64,000 nt of DNA, taken from Squalus acanthias (Eukaryota). The stretch covers positions 80,168,001-80,232,000 of the forward strand of contig CM059432.1 of assembly GCA_030390025.1 (NCBI GenBank), given 5' to 3'. Under the pieces are notes generated by a model. It was not told where the DNA came from. It searched no databases and saw only the letters and a program-made list of their open reading frames with translations. Below are positions 23,120 to 36,919 of the stretch, piece by piece. A program made the translations under genes and the position numbers. Position 1 is the first letter of the stretch; every line of letters begins with the position of its first letter.

Positions 23120-25799
23120 GGCTGGGATTTCTCTCACCTCAGCGGGTCCAGGGCGATGTCGATGGCAGGTCCCGACCCCGCTACTGGCTCTATTCCACTC
23201 TGTGAAATTACTTTCCGTTGATAGCTCGTTAAGCCCGCCCAACGCATTTCCCGGTCCAATTGGAGGAAGTGGGTCTGGTGACGTCATTTGACCTTAAAGG
23301 GACCATGGCCAACTTTATTTTGACATTTGTGCTATCAGTGTTCTGCAGCATTAAAGTGCTGCAAACACCGATAAGCACTGCACAGAGGTGCACGGCTGCA
23401 CCCAGGTTCTCCCATGACTCCCTCCATATGCTTATCGAGGGAGTCAGAGCATGCAGGGAGATGATCTTCCCTTTCCATGGGCGGAAAAGACCTCCTCAGG
23501 AGACCAACACAGCCTGGTTGCACATTGCACAGGAGGTCACACGCAGGGATGTAATCAGGAGGATCTGGGTGCAGTGGCGCAAACCTTTCAATGATCTCAG
23601 TAGATTACAAAACGTTAGCACAATGCCACACTCACCTTAGAAACATAGAAGATAGGAGCAGGAGTAGGCCATTCGGCCCCTCGAGCCTGTTCCGCCATTT
23701 AATGAGATCATGGCTGATCATCCAAATTCAGTACCCTGTCCCTGCTTTCTCCCCATATCCCTTTAGCCTTAAGAAATATATCTAACTCCTTCTTGAATAT
23801 ATTTAATGAATTGGCCTCAACTGCCTTCTGTGGTAGAGAATTCCACAGGTTCACCACTCTCTGGGTGAAGAAATTCCTCCTCATCTCAGTCCTAAATGGC
23901 TTACCCCTTATCCTTAGACTGTGACCCTGGTTCTGGACTCCCCCGCCATCAGGAACATCCTTCCTGCATCTAGTCTGTCTAGTCCTGTTAGAATTTTATA
24001 AGTTTCAATGAGATCCCCTCTCATTCTTCTAAACTCTAGCGAATATAAGCCTAATTGACCCAATCTCTCCTCATACGTCATTCCTGCCATCCCAGGTATC
24101 AGTCTGGTGAATCTTCGCTGCACTCTCTCCATGGCAAGAACATCCTTCCTCAGATAAGGTGACCAAAACTGCACACAATAGACAAGGTGTGGTCTCACCA
24201 TGGCCCTGTACAACTGCAGCAAGACATCCTTGCTCCTGTACTCGAATCCTCTCGCTATGAAGGCCAACATACCATTTGCCTTCTTAACCGCCTGCTGCAC
24301 CTGCATACTTGCCTTCAGCGACTGGTGCACAAGGACACCCAGGTCTCGTTGCACTTCCCCTTCTCCCAATCTATTGCCGTTCAGATAATAATCTGTCTTC
24401 CTGTTTTTGCCACCGAAGTGGATAACCTCGCATTTATCCACATTATACTGCATTTGCCATGCATCTGCCCAATCACCCAACCTGTCCAAATCATACTGGA
24501 GTTTCTCTGCATCCTCCTCACAGCACACACACCCACCCAGCTTTGTGTCGTCTGCAAACTTGGAGATATTACATCTCGTTCCCTCGTCTAGATCATTTAT
24601 ATATATTGTGAATATATCCTGCGGTGCTTCTCATCACATCCCCATCACTCTGCCTTCCCTACCCCTGCAAAGCCTTACTCACATCAACTTACCTTGCACC
24701 TCCACCCATCCCTCTCTATCTACATCATCACATCCCCATCACACTGGCCACCCTTCATACTCACCCTCATCCTAGTGCAATCATACCAACTAACAACACA
24801 CAAGGATAGCCAATTGGGTGTTTTATCCAATGTTCATGTAAAGTTTCTGTTAACGTGCTGTCAAACATTGAAACCTTTATTTTCAACACTTTGCGTTCTT
24901 GGACAGATGTGTGTGCACCTTTGGAAGTGGCTTAGTGAGTTGCAGTTAATGGTGAGACATAATGGTAGCCCCGCAATGGTGGTGAGTGTGAAAGGAATGG
25001 CTTGGACATTGTAGGGATGCTTTATGGTGTTGGTGTGGGGTGGTGCCAACCTGGTGCATCATGTGGCAGCCAGGGTGTACAGTGTCAAGTGAAGTAAATC
25101 TGGCCATGGTGAGGCCATCCCATGCAGCAATGTGGTCAGGTGCTGATGCCCTCTGTCCTGTGCAGCATCAGGTGATTGCGGAGAAGGTTGGTGGTGTTGT
25201 TGGTGCTGCTGGTGTTGGGGCCGATCGTGGTGGGATTCTGAGGACCATGGTGAGACGGTATAAAGGGCACCCATGTTGATGGAATAGATGGCAGGTGAAG
25301 TAGAGATGACAGAAGCATTGTCAATGGTGAGAGAGTTCTTCCCAAGAAGTGATACTGGATGGAGAGTGGAAAGTGGAAAGCCTGCAGAATCTGTGCTCGA
25401 AATGGACTGAAAACAGCTTGTGGCTGAGTGAAGTGAAGATCTGTCAGGTGGGAGCTTTTACTGTACATTTGAAGCTGTCAAGGAATGAGCTGGGGCAATA
25501 ACCACTGAACTCCCGCTTCAGGTTGACAGTCGTGGTACCCGAACAGCATGGTTCCCGTGGCCATGAAGTTAAAGTGAAAAGGTAAGTTAAAAAAGCCTGT
25601 TGTTGATCTGTCAACAAGGCAATAATGAGATTAATTGGGTCGCCCGCTGCTGCCTGTCGGGTCTGCTCAGCGCTGACAGACCAGACATTGGGAAAAGCGC
25701 GCGGCGGTGGGTTGACAGCAGGGTCCCGACCCGCTGTCAAAAAAACCCCATCCGACCCGCCACCGATCGCGCCTGCTGACCCCCCGCAAAATTCCGGCC
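23120..25799 (+). mobile_element. Harbinger-derived element with Myb/SANT remnant, CR1 inserted
   Basis: TIRs ggctgggattt / aaattccggcc with flanks att/gtt; AAPRFSHDSLHMLIEGV..TAWLHIAQEV..WVQWRKPFNDL at ~23395-23600. Confidence 0.75.
23640..24617 (-). mobile_element. Relatively young 5'-truncated CR1
   Basis: Open 204-aa RT C-terminus (WQMQYNVDKCEVIHFG, RPHLVYCVQFWSP); near-identical to 61375-62092. Confidence 0.92.
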
Positions 25800-25915
25800 G
25801 TTGTTTCTTTAGCCCGAATTTAACAACCTGCATGCATTCCCAGTATGGCATATTTCTTTCATATAAATGACACACAGAACCACTTTTTAGAATTAGTGTG
25901 GCTTTATCTACATAC

Positions 25916-26027
25916 CTCTTCTAAAGAATGATAGACTTCGTAGCTGTAGAGAGGATTTGACCGGCGGAGGCGAGGACTGGAGCCACTTTGCTTTTCTATT
26001 AGTCCCTGAAGATTAGAAACAAGGATC
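25916..26027 (-). CDS. CPA6: CPA6 exon 4 equivalent (end of pro-domain, furin-type site), 112 nt
   Basis: ttttttAG|G-ILVSNLQGLIEKQSGSSPRLRRSNPLYSYEVYHSLEE|GTatg. Contains the RxRR proprotein-convertase motif and YEVYHSLEE, typical of the mature M14A N-terminus. Confidence 0.93.
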
Positions 26028-28009
26028 CTAAAAAAAATGTAGACAGTAAGTACTTGCACTTAAACAAACTGAAGCCAAAAATCCACAGGGTGCGATCCGG
26101 ACAGTTTCACCAAGATTGTGCCTGCTGGTACCCTCCAGTGGGATCCCACTGGAGTTTGTGGGGTCAGTGGGAGGGCCCCTAATTTGCATGGGGCAGGTAG
26201 TCACATGCATATGTGTGCTTACCTGCACCATGAAGCCAGAAAATCTAGCACCTGCCCACCAATGGGGTAGGGTTGCCCAGGCTCCCTACCCCCAGACGCC
26301 AGCCATGCCCCTTTGGCTTCCGAGTATGTGGGTTGATCAAGACTTAAAAAAAAAAGTGCTATCCCCCCCCCGCCCATGGTAACCATGGGGAATTTAGCAG
26401 TAGGTCCCAGAAAGCGGAGGTGATGGCCCTGAGGGCCCCCATAAAGTGAGAAGGCCTTGTAGCGGTGACCTCTCCCTCCATTCTGACCATCATCACTAAC
26501 CTGCTGAAGGCCACAGTTTCAGCCAAGGCCTTCATAGGACAGGCATTCTGATCTGTGGGCACTTTTGTCCCTTTAAAGTCCCATTCTGGCACTTCTGGTG
26601 CGGCACCAGCATCACCACTGCAGCATCTTCGAGATTTTCCTCTTTTCATTGGCAATCTCGGTAATCCCACAATGCATCACTCGAATTAGGGAAATGGGTC
26701 AGGTTCGGATGGGTGTGCAGAAGTCCCATCTTCCTGGAACTCTGCCCAAAGAGGAGAATGCCGGCTAAGATATTTTTTGAAGATGCAACTAAAACTCTAC
26801 ATGAAAAAATTAAAGAAATCACTACAGAGAAGTAATTCTCCTAACAAATCAATATACCAGACATGGAGAGGAATACAAATTCATTGGTATTTCAGCTTTT
26901 CAATAGCTGCATTGTTCACTTGCTACACAATGGCTATACACATCTGTCATTTTGACAACTGTTTCAGCAAATGCGATCCAGTAAAGCTCAATTATCATTA
27001 TCTCGTAATCACTTGCAATTATCATTTTTTTTTTAAAGTTACAATTCTTTTCAAAATAGATCCATTTGTTACTGTTCTGACAGCATAATGGGGACAGAGT
27101 AAGGATAACCATAGCCCAATTCACTGTGTAAAGCCTTTTCCCTCTTTCCGTTACCAAGTTTGGATGGAGTGCTGCACATGATTGAGTAAAACAAAAGTTG
27201 CTCATATCCTCTAGACTGCTGCCAACCCCAGGGAATTCCAGTTCCTCTGAGGTAGCCATTTTGTGACACTGTTATGATGAAACAAACCTAATATTACAAT
27301 AATAAAACTAGTTAGATGCCAGTAATAGCTTTATTTAATATTAACAAAAACGACATTTTTTTCAAATAAAAATATCTAGTTTTTAAATCATTTTTGCATT
27401 GGCTTACCCCCTTCCCTCTTCTCATTTTCAAACTACTTTTATTTTATTTCTAACGAATAAGCCATATACCAACCGTTGTAACCTTTTTCTTCTTTTTGTT
27501 TTTATATTGCACTACTTGGTAGTTGGCTTACTGATCATGGGTTTTGCGCAGCTGGGTGCAAGTCAAATGTAAAACTGCCTGACTGACCAAGACCAGCAAC
27601 ACTACCATGGGTTTTGCATAATATAAAGCTACCTTTAGAATACTTTATTGGACTATTTTCCTCCACCTCCCGCATTGAATCATCTATTTTAGAGAAGGTA
27701 CCTGCACTGAAAACATTAGCTGAGCAATGGTTCTGCAGACACCAATGTAAACGCTGCTGCCAGAGGCAAAAGAAGCCAATTAACAAGACTGCTGGTCAGT
27801 TGTGTGGTTAACGGCTTTGGGGATGGTGAAATAGTTGCTGTTCATGAAACAGTTTGCTTTAAAGTGGATCCAGCTGTTGTAAAAACTGCCTGGTCATGTA
27901 AATGGGGCAAGTTCTGCAGCATCAGGAGTGCAGCTGCATTCGGAAATTGTTCTCTAAACTTCTACATTTAGAACAGCATTTTTTTTTTTAGTTTTTATGG
28001 AATATTAAA

Positions 28010-28515
28010 GCTGTATTGTGGTTTGCTCAGGCTGTACCTTGAGAATTGCATTCAGTTTTGGTCACTGAGACACAAGAGGGATATCCAAACCCTGGAAATA
28101 GCTTGGTGCAGAGAAGAGCCAGGAGGTTGATCCTTCGTATTAGAGGATTAAGTTATGAGAAAAGGTTAGTAAACTCAAACTCTAGTCTGGAAAGCAGGTG
28201 GATGAGAGGGGACCTTATAGAGGTATATAATATACTAAGTGAAATAGAAAAGGTTAATTCGAAGCATTTTTTCCTCAGAGTAAACTACTGCTATAGGATA
28301 TAGGTGTAGGAAGAGGATATAGGTACAAACTAGTAAAAGGCAAATTCAGGACTGACATCAGGAAGCGCATCTGCGTGCAAACTGTGATTAATACCTGGAA
28401 TGGTTTTTCAGGTAGGGTAGTGGAATCATTTAAAAAAGTTAGATGTTGTGAGGGAAGATTGTGGGTTTCTATGAAAGAATGCACCAGATGGCCCAAATGG
28501 CTTCCCGCATCTGCT
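28010..28515 (+). mobile_element. Old CR1 3' fragment
   Basis: VQRRARRLILRIRGLSYEKRL..MRGDLIEVYNIL. Confidence 0.7.
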
Positions 28516-29637
28516 ATTATATTTGCAATTTATGTATTACTATGAACATCTACATGCTTTTAACTTTCTAGTTGTCTTCTTCTCATGAATCTGAGGCAAA
28601 TAATCTAGTCTTTCTGATGAGTAAAGAGGCTAAAATAGCCCTTTTAAATTTGGTAAAAAGATTGGGGTGAGTACAAAACAGGATATAAATTTTTTTCATG
28701 AAAATTGTTAAGAGGAATTTCACCCGCATAGTGCTTCTCTAAGTAAGCAATGTGATCAACATCTCCAGAGATCTACAATAATGGCCACTTAAAATAAATT
28801 GCTAAAAAATTTACTCAAAACCACATTTTTTTTGAATGTTCCCTTGAGAAACAGTATATCCCAATGGGCCTGGAATGAAGGATATCACGTTCCCTTCTTT
28901 TCTCCCTAGTTCCTTCTGGTCTTCGTGAGTCATTAACAAACTGGAGCTGACGGGGCACCGGCTTCTCGGAGTATACCTCCTTCTATCTGCTCTCCCTCTA
29001 GCAGCGGCTCAGTTTACTCCTTCATCCTGATCCTCCTCCTTCTCTTGAAGTGGGATTCCTAGAAGGCCCCCATTAAGAAACAACTGCAATACCAAAAACA
29101 CCTTTACACTTCAGAGCCTACAAGAGCGACTACAACAACTGCCCCTAAAGGAGAAATGTGCAGGGCTCTGGGTAAAAGAGCAGGGGAGTGGGATGAATTG
29201 GAGAGCTGGCACAGGCACGATGGGCCTTCTATGAACTATCATGCTGGATGTCAACCCAATAGTCATGGACTGGAACTCTCGTCTCTGCTTGCTGACACTG
29301 TCTAGAGCGGGCTCAAACCCATTGCCTTCTGACTCGGAGGCAGGAACTCCTTCATGGGAATGAGACAGGTTTGGGTCAATGGAGAGTAATATCGGGTGGA
29401 GTATAACATGAGTATCTGACCCAAACACCATCCTTTAACGCCTGGTGGGTTAGGTTAAAATCAAGGTTTATACTACAGATTAAATTAAAACCTTTGTTGT
29501 TGCTTTTGAAAATCCAGTAGGTGTCACTATTACGAAGTCCAACATTGGCCAATTATTAAATTCCAATCAAATTCTTCAACTTTGAGAGAGACTCTAAACT
29601 ATATTGAATCTAATACTGTATGCATTAACAAGTCATA

Positions 29638-30317
29638 GGCCTAAAAATTAGGTTGCTTTGCGCCTCCCGTTAGTGCCCTAAGAGGGTGCTAATGGGGCGC
29701 AAAGCAACTAGCACCTGGGCGCGACACCGCCAACGCCTCCCGTGAAATTCAGCGGGAGGTTAGTGGCGGTGGTAACGGTTAGCGCCCCGCGGCGCTGCGC
29801 CGCCGGCGATGACGTCATCATTGTGCGCAGCGCCCCGACTTACCACCGGGCGCTATGTCTCACGGGGTCAGGGGGGCCTACCTGCGGCCGGGGCTGCGCA
29901 AATTAAAGGGGAAGTGCCGGGTGGCCATTTGTGTTGCTGGCCGCCTGCCAGCACCTGCCCCCTCTGCAGCCCCCCCGTGGAGTGCCGGCTGCGCTCCGTG
30001 AGCTCAGCACTTCGAGTGCCGGGTTCTTCTGCTGGCACTCCGATCCCTGGTGGCCCAGCTGGCCCTGGGTCGCGCTGCGCTAGGCCCCTCCCCTTTAAGA
30101 AGGGAAGGAAGGCCCGCAATACCGTGGCGCGACGTGCCGCAGCGCGCGCCGTGATATTCACTCGCAGCGCCCCAAGAGGGAGGCTGGGTGCTTCCAGTAG
30201 CACCCTACTTCCCTCTTGGGGTGCTACCGGTGAATTTTGGCCGCGAGGGTGCTAATTTTTTGGGGGCGCTACTCTGAAGTTAGCGCCCGAAAGGGGGTGC
30301 GACTCAATTTTTCACCC
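29638..30317. mobile_element. CpG-rich MITE (Harbinger/Tourist-like)
   Basis: Imperfect TIRs ggcctaaaaatt / aatttttcaccc, flanks ata/gta, repeated gttagcgccc subterminal motifs. Confidence 0.6.
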
Positions 30318-31104
30318 GTAAGCCCTGCTGGAAATGTTAGTGACAGCTTAATACTGTTTTTACAACCGCTATCACCTTACAATAACAGAGGCATTATTTT
30401 GGCATATGCAACCAAACTGAATTGTCTTTTAGTGCTAGAAAAACGATCTTTTGTATTGCGTGTAAAAGAATTAATTGATTTTGCAATGAATGGTTACTTT
30501 ATACAGTGTTATCTTTTGCATGTAGTCATTTATAGCAGATAAAATCAGCTAGCAAGCAAAATTCATTAGACAAACAATATTCAAGGCAAGTGATAGACGG
30601 TAATCCATAGAAATATCACAATCTAACAACAGAAAGTCTAAATCACCTGCTAGCTGACACTGAATTTATATTTAAAATATGTGCAGCACAGCACCTGGTT
30701 CAGATAAGCAATGTGTGAAATTTGATGTATTTTCTGACAGATAGCAAATACAGACAGATAACAAACAGTGACTAAAATAGAATGCTTATTGTTTAACTGT
30801 TTGGAAATTACATTGTCAAAGCTTAAGTGGGGGACATCACTAACACCTTCCGTGGTGAAATACTTAAAGTCTATAAATTTGGTTCATAATACATAGAATT
30901 AACCAAATATTTAAAAAAAAATGAAGTTTGCAAATACTAAAAAAGAAAAGCCATTCAGACGACAGTATTTTTCTCTATTTATATTCCTCGACCACCTCCC
31001 TCCACTTCTTGCCATACAGTCGTATTCTCGGAGCACCATTCACTTTTGCTTGCTTTCCACACTTCTCTTCCTGGAACATAAATCAGGGCCAATGCGATCT
31101 TCTG

Positions 31105-32345
31105 GACCACTCGGCTCCAGACCTCATTACAGCCTTGGTCCAAACATGTAACAAAGGAGCTGAATTCCAGAGGTAAGACGAGAATGACTGCCCTTGACAT
31201 CAAGTGTGGCATCAAGGAGCCCTAGTAAAACTGAAGTCAATGGGAATCGGGGGGAAAACTCTCCACTGGCTGGAGTCATACCTAGCACAAAGGAAGATGG
31301 TTGTGGTGGTTGGTAGTCAATCATCACAGCCCCAGGACATTGCTGCAGGAGTTACTCAGGGCAGTGTCCTAGGTCCAACCATCTTCAGCTGCTTCATCAA
31401 TGACCTTCCCTCCAGCATAAGGTCAAAAATGGGGATGTTCGCTGATGACTGCACAGTGTTCAGTGCCATTCGCAACTCCTCAGATAAAGTAGCAGTCCAG
31501 GCCCGCATGCAACAAGACCTTACGACATTCAGCCTTGGGCTGATAAGTGGCAGATAACATTCGCGCCACAGAAGTGCCAGGCAATGACTATCTCCAACAA
31601 GCAAGAGTCTAACCACCGCCCCTGGACATTCAACGGCATTACCATCGCCGAATCCCCCATCAACAACATCCTGGGGGTCACCATTGACCAGAAACTTAAC
31701 TGGACCAGCCACATCAATACTGTGGCAACAAGAGCAGGTCAGAGGCTAGGTATTCTGCAGCGAGTGTCTCACCTCCTGACTCCCCAAAGTCTTTCCACCA
31801 TCTACAAGGCATAAGTAAGGAGTGTGGTGGAATAATCCCCACTTGTCTGGATGAGTGCCGCTCCAACAACACTCAAGAAGCTCGACACCATCCAGGACAA
31901 AGCATTCTGCTTGATTATCACCCCATCCACCACCTTAAACATTCACTCCCTCCACCACCGGCGTGCCGTGGCTGCAGAGTGTACCATCTACAAGATGCAC
32001 TGCAGCAACTTGCCAAGGCTCCTTCGGCAGCACCTCCCAAACCCACGACCTCTACCACCTAGAAGGACAAGGGCAGCAGGAGCATGGGAACACCACCACC
32101 TCCAAATTCCCCTCCAAGTCACACACCATCCTGACTTGGAAATATATCGCCGTTCCTTCATTGTCGCTGGGTCAAAATCCTGGAACTCCCTCCCTAACAG
32201 CACTGTGGGAGTACCTTCACCACACGGACTGCAGTGGTCAAGAAGGCGGCTCACCACCACCTTCTCAAGCGCAATTAGGGATGGGCAATAAATGCTGGCC
32301 TTGCCAGCGATGCCCAGTTCCCATGAACGAATTTTTAAAAAAAGT
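31105..32345 (+). mobile_element. CR1/L2-group LINE, RT and 3' tail
   Basis: GVTQGSVLGPTIFSCFINDL..MFADD; tail gggcaataaatgctggccttgccagcg. Confidence 0.9.
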
Positions 32346-32479
32346 TTTGAAAGCCTAAGGAGAGTGATTTTCCAGTTTGTATTCCCATAATTGGCCGTGG
32401 TTTTTAATCTGTTTTTTCTCCTCTCCCAGGAGATTGCTTGGCTCTGGGTGGATGGGGAGTGCATGTATAGTGATGCAGA

Positions 32480-32775
32480 GGTTAAAAGTTCAAATCCACC
32501 ATTACAAATTGTGAAACTGAATTCCATCAATCAATCTGCTAATTTGTGGGCTAGCATCAGAAATAATGACCAGGAGAGCTGCTGGGTGGTTGTGAAAACC
32601 CAATTGGTTCACTCATGGCCTTAGGGAAAGGGATCTGTTGCATCTACCTAGTCTAGCTTAGTGAGAGACTGGAGTCACACTTAGGTGGTTAACTGTTAAT
32701 GCTCCGAGGACAACTAGCTTGGACAACACATAGTGCCTTGTCAGTGTCGCCCACATCCCAAGAACAAATAAAAAC
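32480..32775 (+). mobile_element. Degenerate short SINE-like derivative (head/body of the 58215 element plus LINE tail)
   Basis: gttcaaatcc B-box, tggttcact..agggaa body, tail tcgcccacatcccaagaacaaat. Confidence 0.55.
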
Positions 32776-32778
32776 AAT

Positions 32779-33532
32779 GGCCCAAAAATTCGGCCGAGAA
32801 CGGGTGAGTACTCACACGTATTCGTTCCCGAATTGCCGGTTTCCTGCATGCACTGCGCATGCGCGGGAAACCGGCACTTCCGGTATGGCGAAGGGGGCGG
32901 TTCCTAGGTGAACCGCGTGCGCATTAGAGGCTGCGCGCACGCAGCACACTTAGGTTTTTTTTCAGGTTTCAACGCAAGGGTAAGTATGGAAGATTCTACG
33001 CAAGTAAAAAGGAGGCGTAAGACCCCTTTTGAACAAGGTAAGTAGTTAATTAAGTATAATTTTAAATTTTTTTCAACAGGTTTATCTTTTTTAGAGACTT
33101 TAAAGAAAGGTAAGTTTATTTTTATAACTTTTAAAAAGTATTTTAATTTTTTCAAAAATTTAAATTTTTGTTTAAAGTGGTTAATTTATTTAACTATAGC
33201 TATTTTATTAATGTGATGGTTTTTAAAAAAAAATTATTTGAGGTTTAGCTGTTCTTTTGGGGCCGATTTCAATTCATAGATTTGACAGGTCTCCTGTCAA
33301 ATCTATGAATGAAAGATGGTCTGCTGCCATTGGCTCTCCATGGCCCACGTGATCCCAGGGAACGCATCGCACTAACTGCGCCCCTGGGACACGTAAGCAC
33401 TGTGCGCCGGCTCTTGGGAGAGGCCCAGGACCCAAAGTTCCTGTGGGCCCAAAACACAACGGCCGGCGCGGTGGGTGATATCGCGCGCGATCCTTACCCC
33501 CACGTCAAGCCTCCGAATCGAATTTCTAGGCC
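32779..33532. mobile_element. MITE with perfect 3-bp TSD (Harbinger-like)
   Basis: AAT|ggcccaaaaattcg ... cgaatttctaggcc|AAT. Confidence 0.8.
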
Positions 33533-33539
33533 AATGATG

Positions 33540-35190
33540 CAGACATTGTAGTTAAGGGGGAGGAATCTGAAATTTTAGATGAGATAAACATAGTGAGAGA
33601 GGAAGTATTAAGGGGTTTAGCATCTTTGAAAGTAGATAAATCACCAGGCCCGGATGAAATGTATCCCAGGCGGTTAAGAGAAGCAAGGGAGGAAACAGCA
33701 GAGGCTCTGACCATCATTTTTCAATCCTCTCTGGCTACAGGTGTGGTGCTAGAGGACTAGCAGACTGCTAACGCTGTACCGTTGTTTAAAAAGGGAGAAA
33801 GGGTTCGACCGAGTAATTACAGGCCAGTCAGCCTAACCTCAGTGGTGGGAAAACTGTTGGAAAAAGTTCTGAGGGAGAGTATTAATCTTCATTTAGAAAG
33901 GCATGAATTAATCAAGGACAGTCAGCATGGATTTGTTAAGGAAAGGTCGTGTCTGACTAACTTGATTGAATTTTTTGAGGAGGTAACAAGGAGGGTTGAT
34001 AAGGGTAGTGTGTTTGAAGTAGTCTACATGGAGTTTAGCAAGGCTTTTGACAAGGTCCCATATGGCAGGCTGGTCAGAAAAGTAAAAGCCCATGGGCTCC
34101 AAGAGAAAGTGGCAAGTTGGACCCAAAATTGGCTCAGTGGCAGGAAGCAAAGGGTAATGATTGACAGATGTTTTTGTGAATGGAAAGCTGGTTCCAGTGG
34201 GGTTTCGCAGGGCTCAGTACTAGATCCCTTGCTTTTTGTGGTATACATCAATGATTTAGACTTTAATGTAGGGGGCATGATTAAGAAGTTTGCAGATAAT
34301 ACAAAAATTGGCTGTGTGGTTGATTGTGAGGAAGAAAGCTGTAGACTGCAGGAAGATATCAATGGACTGGTCAGGTGGGCAGAAAAGTGGCAAATGGAAT
34401 TCAATCTGGAGAAGTGTGAGGTTAACAAGGCAAGGGAATACACATTAAATGGTAGGACACTGAGAAGTGTAAAGGAACAGAGGGGCCTTGGAGTGCACGT
34501 CCACAGATCCCTGAAGGTAGCAGGACAGGTAGATAAGGTGATTAAGAAGGCATATGGGATACTTTCCTTTATTAGATGAGGATAGAAATAAGAGCAGGAA
34601 GGTTATGCTTGAACTGTGTAAAACACTAGTTAGGCCACAGCTAGAATACTGTGTACAGTTCTGGTCACCACATTACAGGAAAGATGTGATTGCACTAGAG
34701 AGGGTACAGAGGAGATTTACAAGGATGTTGCCAGGACTGGAGAATTTTAGCTATGAGGAAAGATTGGATAGGCTGGGGTTGTTTTCTTTGGAACAGAGGA
34801 GGCTGAAGGAAGACTTGATTGAGGTGTATAAAATTATGAGGGGCCTAGTTAGAGTTAATAGGAAGGACCTATTTCCCTTAGCAGAGAGTTCAATAACCAG
34901 GGGGGCATAGATTTAAAGTAATTTGTAGAAGGATTAGAGGGGAGTTAAAGAGAACTATTTTCACCCAGAGGGTGATGGGGGTCTGGAACTCACTGCCTGA
35001 AAGGGTGGTAGAGGCAGAAACACTCATCACATTTAAAAAGTACTTGGAGATGCACCTGAAGTACAGTAACCTGCAGGGCTACGGACCAAGAGCTGGAAAG
35101 TGGGATTAGGCTGAATAGCTCTTTTTCGGCCAGCACAGACACAATGGGTCGAATGGCCTCCTTCTGAGCCGTAAATTTCTATAATTCTAT
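33540..35190 (+). mobile_element. CR1 LINE RT region and 3' end
   Basis: NYRPVSLTSVVGKLLE, SQHGF, FSKAFDKVP, QGSVLDP, RPQLEYCVQFWSP. Confidence 0.92.
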
Positions 35191-36919
35191 GAATCCTGTC
35201 TGCTACATTCTCTCTGTCGTCCTATTCTCCATACAACAAAAACAAAAGTGATCAACAGGAGTCATCATACAAACAGATGTTGTATGACGTTCGGTTCATT
35301 TGTTACTCGTACGTATAAAAAAAGTTACTCTAGTACACATCAAAAAAATCAAATCGCAAATTAATTCCAGTTGAACCATTACCACAATTTCAGAACAAAA
35401 CTCCTCCATTAACACTGAATAAATAGCAAACTTTGAAATATTTTAACATACACCTCAAAATGCTGATATTTGGTGCCTGTAGGAACTGAATTTTAAATGC
35501 GGTATTCCACTATACATTGGACCTGAATTTGCTGCAATGTGTGTTTGGTGCTGCAAGCGTTATTTGGGCTTTTAAGCTCCATATCGTTCATATCGATCTA
35601 TATGTACGCTGTAATTTGCTGGAACCTCGATCTATCTATGACGTGGAGAGGTCAATGACGAATCAGGGACCTTGTCAACAGTGCAGCCAATGGCTTACCC
35701 CGCAGACTAACTATATGGCAGTATAAATAGCTGGGAACAAATGCCATAGGTCAGACACAAGTTACCTGCAACTTCTAAAAAGTGAATTAAAGTTTTAAAA
35801 ACATTAAAAAAAAAGTAATCTCTAATGTCTGCACATCCTCGTTGGGAGTACTTCCCTGATGCTCTGAGTTTACACGCAGAATCCTCAGTTGGGCATCGCA
35901 GACAATTCACACATTTAGCGAGTGATAACCCTTCCTGTGGATAACTGATTGGTTCCTCCAGTGGAGCCTTCAGCAGCACGTGGGTCCCAACGATAGTCCT
36001 CTGCACCCTGCGGAAGCCAGCAATCCTGTGGAAGTTGATGGACCTATTTCTTTGCTGCGCAGTGGACATGTCATATTTAATGATGAAGTCGGATGCCCTG
36101 TGGAAGTAAAAAAATCATGGGAATTTGGAATGCATGGGGCTGGATTTTGCTCCGATTGCTCGGAATGCAGCTGGACGGGACTTCCACCTGGCCATGACAC
36201 AGCTGGAATCCCACTCCAACTTCCTAAAGTGGAGCTAATTTCTTAAGCAGCATAGGTTTGGAGCAGTATCCCTTGCTCCTCAATGGGTACTACTGTTAGG
36301 AGGGAGGATGAATGTTGTGCAAATTCTGGGGCGAAAACCTGCAAATCTATGATCTGCCAAAAGTGCTGCAATGTGCACACCAGGAACCTCTGCCACTGAC
36401 CATGCCAGAGTATATGGGATCCAAGGGAAGCTTCCCAATTTAACTATTTATGTCAGGTGCCTGCACTGCTATGGGTGCATCCTGGCAGCCATGTCGGGAG
36501 ATTGGGGGGGAGGAGTTGGGAATGAAATTGCAATGGAGGACTGCCACTGCAAAGTGCCCCAGAAGCCCAGGCCCAGCAACTTTGATTGTGGCATATTGGT
36601 CTCCATGTAAAGTGGGCCAATGTTTGTCCTGATCTTCATTTTCTCTTTATGTGTCCAGGCCAAAACACTGGGCTGGTCCTCAGGTTTGTCTCACCCACCA
36701 GCTGGATGGCTGGCATGCTTCTTCTAACCTGGCTTTCCGGTAGCCTGCCGGTTCCCTGGCCAGAAATGAGGAAATAACTGGCCAAGGAGTCCCCTCCCCG
36801 GGGCATGCCTGCTCTATTGTGGGTATTTCACCATTTAGAAAGTACCTTGTTCTATACTTTTTAGGTCCAAAGTGGATGAACTCACATTTGCCGACATTGA
36901 AATCCATTTGCCACAATTT

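Noticed and set aside
27633..27701. Possible 69-nt minus-strand cassette exon (tgcAG|..TFSKIDDSMREVEENSPIKYSK..|GTagc)
   Set aside because: Its open frame is phase 1-1 while the host intron is phase 2. No CPA similarity, and exons 3 and 4 already join cleanly.
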